Shown here: piece after piece, positions 50,666 through 63,562 of the stretch
Position numbering within the stretch: the stretch's first letter is position 1
How the letters are laid out: every line of letters begins with the position of its first letter
Source: an uncultured Methanomassiliicoccales archaeon
Lineage (GTDB): Archaea; Thermoplasmatota; Thermoplasmata; Methanomassiliicoccales; UBA472
Direction: 5' to 3'
Length of the DNA: 64,000 nucleotides
Assembly: GCA_963710685.1 (NCBI GenBank)
Contig: CAVQBH010000009.1
Span: 555,818 to 619,817, forward strand
Notes under the pieces: generated by a model
What the model was told of the DNA's origin: nothing
Databases searched by the model: none
The model's input: only the letters and a program-made list of their open reading frames with translations
Translations under genes and position numbers: made by a program

Positions 50666-51487
50666 CTAGGCCAACGTTGGCCCCAGAATAGTAAGCCCAT
50701 GATCGCCCACCTCCATGGTGTGGCGTTCCATCGAATGCTCCGTGGCCCTCATCTTCTCCACCCGCATGTACCGCACCAGCTTTCCCCGGGTACGGTCCAG
50801 GCCGAGCTCGATGATGCCGTCCACCAGGAACCCTTCGTTCCCGAGCAGGTCGGAGGGCGAGCCCGGATTGCGCTCCATGACGATGAACGACATCAGATTG
50901 TAGTCCCTCAGCGTCTTGAAGAAGTAGAACATCTTTTTGCGCATGCCCTTCACGTCGTCCATCAGGGAGTACAGCGCCCCCAACGAGTCCAGGCTGAAGA
51001 CGGTGAACCGGTCGCCATGCTTCTTCTTGTAGTATCCGATGGTCTGGATGATGAACTGGAGATAGTCGGTGGGTGAATCGACCTCGACGATCTCGTCCAG
51101 CTCGCGCAGGTCGGTGAAATCGGAGATCTCCAGGTTCGAGGTGAGCTTGAGGTTCAGGGACCTCATGTTCCGGATGTGGCTGTCCGCCGTCTCCTCCAGC
51201 GTGATGTACAATCCGAACTCGTTGGTCTTATCCAGATAGGAAGACATCATCGAGTAGCAGAACGAGGTCTTCATCGAGCCTGGAGGTCCGGTGATCAGCA
51301 CCACCTTGGGGACCTCGATGTCCGTCCTGAATACCTTGTCCAACCCTTGAATGGAATTCCTGAACACTTTATCGCACCGCCCGGATTTCCTTATTTTATC
51401 GGCGGTCAGGTAATAAACCTTTTCGAGCTGGGCACCGTAGTTTCGATAATTTGAACGGCGGTCCAGACGGCGGTGCATGCTGGCCAT
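50666..51487 (-). CDS. KaiC/RecA-like ATPase-fold protein with deviant Walker A
   Basis: 273 aa. KVVLITGPPGSMKTSFCYSMM (51266-51289), where Met replaces the invariant Gly before Lys. KaiC-like C-terminal RYMRVEKMRATEHS block. Confidence 0.7.
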   Translation of the reverse strand: MASMHRRLDRRSNYRNYGAQLEKVYYLTADKIRKSGRCDKVFRNSIQGLDKVFRTDIEVPKVVLITGPPGSMKTSFCYSMMSSYLDKTNEFGLYITLEETADSHIRNMRSLNLKLTSNLEISDFTDLRELDEIVEVDSPTDYLQFIIQTIGYYKKKHGDRFTVFSLDSLGALYSLMDDVKGMRKKMFYFFKTLRDYNLMSFIVMERNPGSPSDLLGNEGFLVDGIIELGLDRTRGKLVRYMRVEKMRATEHSMERHTMEVGDHGLTILGPTLA

Positions 51488-51535
51488 GATGGAAAAAGGG
51501 CCTTGTGAGGGCCGCCGGGCCGGTGCGGAAACGGG

Positions 51536-54500
51536 TTACTCTTCCCCTTCCTCGCTGCCCTCGGCCCGGAGCGAGTCGCCCTTGGCCTCGGTCTCTTCCA
51601 CCATGCGCTCCTCGCCCTTTCCGATGAGGCGGGCCACGGCTATGACCTTCTCCCCCTCCTCCAGCCGTTTCGCCCGCACGCCCATGGTCACCCGACCCAG
51701 GACCCGGAAGTCGGACGCCGGGAAGCGGATGATGTTGCCCTTGTTGCTGGCCAGGATGATCTCGTCCTCCTCCGAGACCTCGAGCACCTGGAGTACCTTG
51801 CCGTTCCGCTCGCAGACCTTGATGGCCTTGACGCCTTTCCGCCCCGGTGGGTCTTCCGGTACTCGTCGCGCTGCTCGGCGCCGGGGAGCTCCTCCTCGCA
51901 GATCTCCTCGGTCTCCTCCGGCCTTCTCGATCTCCTCTTCGGCCAGCTCCTCTTCCGCCTCGTCCTCCGGGGAGCCGGAGCCTCGTCCGATTCCTCGGCG
52001 GTGCCGCGCTTGCCGACGATGGATATCTTGCCGTAGCCGTTCTCGGTGATGGTCAGCAGCTTGGCGTCCTGGGTGACGATGGCCATGCTGACCACCCTGT
52101 CGCCCTCGCCCAGCCGTATTCCGCGCACGCCGTGGGCCGGTCTGCCCATCGGCCGGACGTCCCGCTCGGAGAACCGTATGGCCCGGCCGTTCGACGTCGC
52201 CAGGATGATCTCCTTGGTGCCGTCGGTCATCTTGGTGTCGACCAGCTCGTCGCCCTCTTCCAGGCCGACCGCGATGATGCCGCTGGAGCGCACGTTGATG
52301 TACGCCTCCAGCGGGGTCTTCTTGATGACTCCCTTCTTGGTCGCGAACACCAGGTAGCTGGCGCCGCCGATCTCCTTGACCGGCATGGTCTTGACCACCT
52401 TCTCGCCCTCCTCCAGCTTGGGCAGGAGGTTGACTATCGGCTTGCCCTTGGAGTGCCGGCCGCCGACCGGCAGCTGCCACGCCTTGAGCACGTAGACGCG
52501 GCCCGAGGTTCGTGATGAACATCAGCTTGTTATGCGTCAGCGTGACGAACATGTCGGTGACGTTGTCCTCCTCCTTCGTCTCCATGCCGATGAGGCCGAT
52601 GCCTCCGCGCTTCTGCTGCTTGTAGGTGTCCAGCGGTATCCTCTTGATGTACCCGTCCGACGTCCCCATGACCACCATGTCCTCGTTCGGGATCAGGTCC
52701 TCGATATCGAAGTCCAGCGCGTTGGCCACGATCTCGGTCTTGCCGTTCGTCGCCGTACTTCTCCCGAAGGTCGAGCTCCTCGCTCTTCACGATGCCGATG
52801 ATCCTCTCGGTGGATGCCAGTATCGCCTCCAGTTCGCGGACCAGCTTCTCGATCTCCAAGTACTCCGCGCGGAGCGCCACCAGTTCCAGGCCGGTGAGCT
52901 TCCTCAAGCGTCAGGTCGAGGATGGCCTTGGCCTGTTCCTCGTCTATGACCAGGAAATCGATCAGGCCGTGCCTCGCCTCCTCCGGCGAGCTTGCCGCAC
53001 GGATGATGCGGATGGTCTCGTCCAGCGCGTCCACGGCCTTGATCAGGCCCTGCAGGATGTGGTCCCGCTTCCGCGCCTGGCCAGGTCGAACTGGGTCCTT
53101 TCGTGACGACGCTGACCCGATAGTCCAGGAAGTGCTGCATCATCTCCTTCAGCGTGAGCACCTTGGGCTGGTTGTCGACCAGCGCGATGTTGATGACGCC
53201 GAAGGTCACCTCCATCTGGGTATGCTTGAACAGCTGGTTGAGGACGACCTCCTCCATGACGTCCTTGCGCAGCTCGATGACGATCCTCATGCCGTCCCGG
53301 TCGGACTCGTCGCGCAGGTCGGTGATGCCCTCGATCTTCTTGTCCTTGACCAGTTCGGCGATCGCCTCGATCAATGTGGACTTGTTGACCTGGTATGGGA
53401 TCTCGTTGACGATGATGCGCTGCTTGCCCTCGACCTCTTCTTTGATGGTCCGGGCCCGCACCTTGATCTTGCCCCGGCCGGTCTGGTAGGCTTCGATTAT
53501 GCCGTTGATGCCGTAGATGATGCCGCCGGTCGGGAAGTCCGGACCCTTGATGAACTGCATCAGGTCCATCACCTCCGCCTCCGGGTGATCGGCCAGATAG
53601 ATGATGGCGTCGACGACCTCGCGCAGGTTGTGCGGCGGTATGTTCGTGGCCATTCCGACCGCGATGCCGGACGAGCCGTTGATCAACAGGTTCGGCAGTT
53701 TGGACGGCAGAACGGACGGCTCCTTCAACGAACCGTCGAAATTGTCGACCCAGTCGACCGTTTCCTTGTCCAGGTCGGCCAGCATATCCTCGGCTGTCTT
53801 CTGCAGACGGGCCTCGGTGTACCTCATGGCCGCGGCAGAATCGCCGTCGACCGAACCGAAATTGCCTTGCCCGTCGATCAGCGGGTAACGCAGCGAGAAC
53901 GTCTGGGCCATGCGGACCATCGAGTCATAGACGGCCATGTCGCCGTGCGGGTGATATTTCCCAAGGCAGTTCGAAACGACCATACCAGCTGCAACAAATT
54001 CGTGAGCGACAGCGACCTGGAGATCATACGTATGTTCTGCTGGCGCAATTCTAATTTCCTTCACGCTGAGGAAGTAGATGTTCTTCTCAGCGATCTCCTC
54101 GATGATTGGAGCAAGGTCCGAACCGATCCGCTCCAGCTTAGATTGAATTCCCCAATCCATTATTTGCGTACGACCCAGCCGATGTTCTTTGAGGTCTGAA
54201 GAATAGCGTATCTTTGAACCGCTTGGATATGTTATTCCACAACGGAATTTGGTACCAGCATTATCCTCATACCAGCCTCCACCTCTATGATGTTCAGAAA
54301 GGTCATTGAAAATCGCCGTTGAAGCAAAGGGAATCCGGTCGAATGACGAAATCATCTTTGGAGAGTCTTCGATTCTTTCCAACCTTTCTTTCCGGACCTC
54401 ATTGTGCAAGTCGAGAAACTTCGCCAGTTCCTTTGCGAATCTACCCCGAACCTCAATCGAATTCAAAGGCAGGTTGTGACGAACAATGCTTCCATTCAAC

Positions 54501-55708
54501 ATGCTGAATTCATTTGTCGAGTCCTGAACATATTGATGCCCCATCACTCCTAGTTGTTGCATCAGTAGCTGGGTTTCGTCAGCCATTCGTTTGGATATTG
54601 TACCGTAATGGACGATGTTTCTATCTTTGTGAACGGATCCATCACCATCGATCATTCCCGAAAGTAAGGCTCCAATTACAGATTTCGGGGACTGGTAAAA
54701 GGCTTCTGGAATGTGCTTGCTCTCGGCTCTCCAAGTGACATCGATTCCGAAATTTTCGGCCAGATAATCGTTCAGTTCATTGTCGGTTATCCTGATCTGA
54801 TGCATTATCTTGTCGAGGTTGTATGCATCTTCCTGATTGGTGCTCCTGCACTGAATCGAAACATCCAAACCAAACTCAGCTTTCAATGCAGCTTGTACAT
54901 GCTCGATAACGCCAGGAGACGCCGAGAAGAAGTTGAAGACCCCTTTCTTGATGTCGTTACCATAGCGCTTTTCAATGTGCCCGTCCGACAAGAATTGACC
55001 AATCAAATAGGCGATGTTCTCATTGAGTTCTTTGGGCTGACCCTGCCAGTCTGACAATTTGACATTGGGCAGATTGTCTGGATACTCCAACCGCATGACC
55101 ACGCTGTCACCAGAAGAAAGATCCTTAGCCTGTTTCCATTCATATTTCAGGTCACGATTAAGGACCTTGAATGGTTGTGATGGGGTTGATGTTACCGATA
55201 TTCCATTCTCAAGTGTTACTTTAATGAGTTCCTTTTCCGGCATCTCATACAATTCGGTGACCGGACACTTGCCTGACTGGGTGTAGACCATGTCCCCGAT
55301 TTTGACGTTCTCGATCGGGATCAATCCCTTCTCCGTGAGAACGCGGGTTCCTGGAACGAAACATTCTCCGACCACCCTGGCGCTCTTCTTGGGAGCGGAT
55401 TTCGCGGTGATCCCCATGTCGTTCATGGCGTAGAGGATCCTCCGGTGCACCGGCTTGAGACCGTCGCGCACGTCAGGTAAAGCCCTGCCGACGATGACGC
55501 TCATGGCGTAGTCGATGTAGCACTTCTTCATCTCGATCTCTATCGATTTCGGGACCACCTGGAAGCCAGCGTTCTTGTCCTCCGGCACGAACGTTGGGGC
55601 CGCCGGCGATGCGGACTTGCTCCATGGCACCGGTGTTATCTGCTCCTCCGTCTTCTCCGGCACGTTCTCTTCGGCGGGCTTGTCGTTGTGTTCTTCGTTA
55701 TCTGCCAT
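51536..55708 (-). CDS. gyrA: DNA gyrase subunit A, containing an intein; C-terminal half frame-interrupted about 6 times as assembled
   Basis: [36 protein letters not shown], active-site [13 protein letters not shown] beta-pinwheel blocks ([45 protein letters not shown]) are spread over three frames. Confidence 0.9.
53969..55363 (-). mobile_element. GyrA intein (465 aa) with a double-LAGLIDADG homing-endonuclease domain
   Basis: Interrupts ...SARVVGE|C...N|[10 protein letters not shown]. Starts CFVPGTRVL and ends [12 protein letters not shown], followed by Cys+1. LAGLIDADG-like [14 protein letters not shown] and [15 protein letters not shown]. Sampled GC is 40% (54181-54240). Confidence 0.85.
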
Positions 55709-55718
55709 TTAGCTCACC

Positions 55719-58247
<2,529 letters not shown>

Positions 58248-58423
58248 TTATATAAAACAGAATGGCTTCGCGGTATTTAAACAATGCCCTCATCTGGCTA
58301 TGGTATGAAAATATGGTGCTGGTTTGAAGGCTCTTGCGCGGCCCCGTTTCGGCACGGTTGCGACGCCGGTTTGCGAAGGGTCCGGGGAAATGTCTTTTAG
58401 ACCGGAGCGGGTTTGCCCGGAAC

Positions 58424-59705
<1,282 letters not shown>

Positions 59706-59716
59706 ACGGGAGAAGA

Positions 59717-59791
59717 TGGAGCCACCGAGGGGAATCGAACCCCCAACCTATTGATTACGAATCAATCGCCCCGCCATTAGGCTACGGTGGC
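59717..59791 (-). tRNA. tRNA-Thr (CGU), CCA encoded
   Basis: Reverse complement: acceptor GCCACCG/CGGTGGC, anticodon arm ATTGA-TTCGTAA-TCAAT, T-arm GGTTCGATTCC, 3' TCCA. Confidence 0.9.
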
Positions 59792-59820
59792 GTACTGGTC
59801 TCCCAACAAATGTTCCCATC

Positions 59821-59827
59821 ATTTAAA
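59821..59827 (-). promoter_or_regulatory. candidate archaeal TATA box for tRNA-Thr
   Basis: TTTAAAT on the minus strand, beginning 30 nt upstream of the tRNA 5' end, within aCCTTTAAATGa. Same flanking pattern as the tRNA-Phe box. Confidence 0.45.
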
Positions 59828-59939
59828 GGTTTCTTACGAGCCTCCCGGTTGCCGTGACGCGACGACGCTCGGGCACGACGACCGACTGAACTCGGCGGCA
59901 TGGCAAAACGATTTAAGCGTTCCGGCTCATGGTTCCCCG

Positions 59940-60991
59940 ATGCAATTGCAGCCTCAGTTCGGTATCTCGCCTGGCGTCCTGGTGGAACAGCGGCGCGGGG
60001 GCCAGACCTCCTTACGGTCGCTCCTGGACTGCATGAGGGACGGGCATTTCACCGGATACCTGATGACCGGGATGACGCTGGACGGGGATACTACGCACGG
60101 CGTCATCGCCGTCGAATCGGGAAAGGCGGTCCTGGCCATGTACGCTTTCCGGCCGTCCGGCAACAACAGCGTGGAGATGACCTACCGGGGCGAGAGGGCG
60201 GTCGAGTTCACCTGCGGGGACGCCCTATGCCCCGAATCCCAGCTCGAACTGCACGCGCTGAACGACTTGAGGGAGATCAGGAAGATCGTCGGGCGAGACC
60301 AAGGACGGGGTCGACCTTCCGCGCGTTCCTCGAGAACTTCTACCATGACCGGCTGGAGGCCCCCGTGCACCAGCCTGAGCCGATCGCCCAGCCGGTCCAA
60401 AAGGAGACTGCCCGCCATTGCCGCCCGCGGACACCCTCGATTCCATCAAGGACATGATCGTCCAGCACCACAAGAAGAACGCCGAGCGTGGCACCCGGAA
60501 GGCCGGGTACCATGAGCTGGAGATCGACATCGTGGAGGGCGAGTCGTACCTGGTGGAGGAGCAGAGCCGCGAGATTCTCCTACGGGATCTTCGCCTCGAT
60601 GGTGGAGGACAATTACAAGGGCATCGGCATCACCCGGATCAATCCCCGGCTCCTCCGCTCGAAGATCGAACGGGGAGAAGCCCGCGGATGCTGTGGCTCA
60701 CCGACCACGAGTCGAGCCTGCGAGGAGACCATCCCCCCGTCGCTGGAGAAGATCATGGTGATACTGGAGGAGTTCATCCTCAAGAACGACCTGAGCGTGG
60801 TCCTGGTGGACGACCTGCAATACCTGATAAGCTGCAACACCTTCGAAGGGGCGGTCCGCTTCATCCGCAACCTGGTGGACAAGATATCGGAGCGTTCGGC
60901 GGTGTTCCTGCTGTCGGTTGACCCGAACTCGTTGAACCCGCAGGAGCGCTCGGTCCTGGAACGGGAATTGCGGGTGGTCCGGGACCGATGA
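59940..60991 (+). CDS. DUF835 (KaiC-derived) domain protein with uncharacterised N-terminal domain, about six frame changes as assembled
   Basis: C-terminal DUF835-like pattern: GESYLVEE..., GIGITRINP, MLWLTDHES, ETIPPSLEKIMVILEEFILKNDLSVVLVDDLQYLISCNTFEGAVRFIRNLVDKISERSAVFLLSVDPNSLNPQERSVLEREL. Confidence 0.65.
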
Positions 60992-61009
60992 AGCGATCGG
61001 ATGGACGCC

Positions 61010-62089
61010 TCAGATCCGCTTCATCTCGGCCTTGAACTCGATCAGGCGGTCCAGGGTCTCCTCGTACTTCTCCCGCTTCATCGCCATGCCCGCGTCCTTC
61101 AGGATCTTGACCATGATGGTGACGTCCTTGCCGTCGGCCTTCGAGTCGAGCAGCGTGCTCTTGGCCTTTCTCATCTCGCTCTTGAGCACTTCCGGCAGCG
61201 TCTTCATGATGTCCTCGCGCCCCTTCCGGGACAGGATGCCCATCATGCTCCAATCGCCCCGCTCCCCCGCCTCCTGGGCCTCCTTGAGCAGGCTCCGGGC
61301 CTCCCTGACGTCCACGTAGAACCTTTCCGAGTTCTGCACCAGCTTCGCCAGCGATTCGCAGATGTCGTGGGCCTCGACGTACTTCCCAGTTATCTTCTCG
61401 GCGGTCTTGCGGCCGATTCTTCGACTCCTCAAGGGCCGCCAGGAGCTCCCCGTTGGAAATGTTCTGCCGCATCCGTTCGATCGACTCCGTCATCCCGGAC
61501 GTGTCGCCGCCCATGGACCTGGCCACCACCAGTAGCTTTTCCAGATGTTCGAAGTCCCGGGTGAGCCTCTCCTCGATCGCGAACCGCACCGACGAGCGGC
61601 ATTCCTTCACGCACTGGACGGCGGTGGCGATGTCCTTCTGTTTGCCTGCCCGCACCGCCTTGTCGATCATCCTGCGGCACTCCGACGTGTCAATGTCAAA
61701 ATCCTTGGCCATCGCCATCAGCGGCTTCACTTCGGCCACCAGCACCGGGAACTGCTTCTTCAGCTCCTCGTTCTGTTCCGCCTCGAGGCGGGCCAGCTCC
61801 TTCTGCTTCTCCAGCTCCCTCTCCCGGTCCTTCTCTTCCTGCGTTCGACTCTTCCTCGCCCTCGGTGACGACCTCGAACTTGGTGCCGCAGAAGGGGCAT
61901 TCCTCGCAGTCGCTGGGAATCGATCTTCCCGCACTCCGGGCATTCCGATTCCGAGACCTCCTCGATGACGAACTCGACCCCGCAGTGGGGGCACTTCGAC
62001 GAATCACCCGAGATGTGCGTTCCGCACTCTGGGCAGTCGAACTCGAACGATTCATTTTCCTTCTCTTTGGGTGAACTAGAACCTGCCAT
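61010..62089 (-). CDS. double zinc-ribbon + helical/coiled-coil protein (frame-interrupted as assembled)
   Basis: N-terminus FDCPECGTHISGDSSKCPHCGVEF...ECPECG...CEECPFCGTKFEV. Then an E/K-rich coiled segment (EKDRERELEKQKELARLEAEQNEELKK) and helical repeats ending ...IEFKAEMKRI. Spread over three frames. Confidence 0.55.
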
Positions 62090-62147
62090 CGAATCACGAC
62101 TCGACTGCTATTCTCTGTCTCATTAACCTTAGGTTATTTATTGCTAC

Positions 62148-62975
62148 TTACGTGGGTGCCCTTCCTGAGAATATGCCTGGCCATATTCCGACGCTCATCG
62201 CCAGGGCGTCCTGGACGGGCAGGGGCGTCTCGCATATGATGGTGCATTCCCGCGACAGTCCCCGCAGTGAGGGGACCAGGTGGGAGAAGTCTGGGTCCTT
62301 GGCGCTCAGCGGCAGGTGCCGTTTCTCGCCCGCCCCGGTGTACTCGATGCAGCTGTAGTGGCAGTGAAGCGTGCCTGGGCATATCGAGACCAGGTCGTCC
62401 ACCACCCGATGGAAGTCGTCCGGGGTGCGCAGCGACCCGCCATACCGGGCATGGATGTGGGCGAAGTCGAGCACCGGCTGCACCCCCTTCAGCGCGCGCA
62501 CCACGGAACCTATCTCCTCCAAGGTGCCCCAGCTGCTGCCCCGGCCCATGGTCTCCAGGCCCAGGACGACCTCCAGGCCTTCCTCCCGCATCTGGTCCAG
62601 GCATTCGGCGAGGCCGCGCAGCACCGCCCCGGTGGCGATCTCCGGTTCCCGGCCGGCGTAGGTGGCGGCGTGTATCACGATGATCCAGGCACCGGCCTTG
62701 GAGGCCACCCGGGCGGTCCGCAGGACCCACTCCTTGCTCTTCTCGTACGTTTCAGGGACCGAATTGAAGCTGATGTAGTACGGGGCGTGGGCGCTCAACC
62801 TGACGTCCAGCTCCTCCGCCTTCCGCCGTATGGCGATGGCCCGCTCGTCGCTCAGGTTCACCTGGCGCCCGAACTGCAGCTCCATCGCGTCGAGACCTTT
62901 CTTCCTGACCAGCTCGACCGCGCTCACCCCGCCCTTCGCGCCCTCCGGATAACCCGCTGGTCCGAACCTTATCAC
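62148..62975 (-). CDS. AP endonuclease family 2 / xylose-isomerase-like TIM-barrel protein (endonuclease IV-like)
   Basis: VIRFGPAGYP start (GTG at 62975), SAHAPYYISF, LGLETMG, VLDFAHIHA metal-ligand-like blocks. About 276 aa. Confidence 0.65.
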   Translation of the reverse strand: MIRFGPAGYPEGAKGGVSAVELVRKKGLDAMELQFGRQVNLSDERAIAIRRKAEELDVRLSAHAPYYISFNSVPETYEKSKEWVLRTARVASKAGAWIIVIHAATYAGREPEIATGAVLRGLAECLDQMREEGLEVVLGLETMGRGSSWGTLEEIGSVVRALKGVQPVLDFAHIHARYGGSLRTPDDFHRVVDDLVSICPGTLHCHYSCIEYTGAGEKRHLPLSAKDPDFSHLVPSLRGLSRECTIICETPLPVQDALAMSVGIWPGIFSGRAPT

Positions 62976-63072
62976 GGGTCGGCATAGCCTCCGGCCGATA
63001 TATGGTTTGACCCAACCCGGTACGCTGGGCTCAAAAAGGCTATCTATTCGGTAAGCCCCTTGTATCCATGGA

Positions 63073-63562
63073 GTGGAAATGGAGACCGAAGGAGTGCCGG
63101 TGGAGATACCGCCCGACTGCAACATCATAATCGGGCAGTCGCATTTCATCAAGACGGCGGAGGACCTGTACGAGGCCATGGTCAACTCGACCCCGTCGGC
63201 GAAGTTCGGGATCGCCTTCTGCGAGGCGTCCGGCCCGCAGGCTGGTGCGCGTCGAGGGCAACGACGATGAGCTGAAACGGGTGGCGGCGGAGAACGCGAT
63301 GCGGATAGGCGCCGGACACACGTTCGTGGTGCTGCTCAGGAACGCGTTCCCGGTGAACGTGCTCAGGGCCATCAAGGCCGTCCCCGAGGTGTGCTCCATC
63401 TTCTGCGCCACCGCCAACGAGCTGCGGGTCATCGTCGCCAAGGACGGCGAGGGACGCGGTGTTATCGGAGTTATCGACGGCAAGCCGCCAATGGGAGTGG
63501 AGAACGATGAAAACGTCAAAGAAAGAAGGGAATTCCTCCGCAAGATCGGATACAAGCGCTGA
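63073..63562 (+). CDS. adenosine-specific kinase family (Pfam Adenosine_kin-like) protein, one frame change
   Basis: [18 protein letters not shown]...[12 protein letters not shown]|[11 protein letters not shown]...[37 protein letters not shown]...LRKIGYKR. An extra G at about 63240 (caG|Gctg) breaks the frame. Confidence 0.65.
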
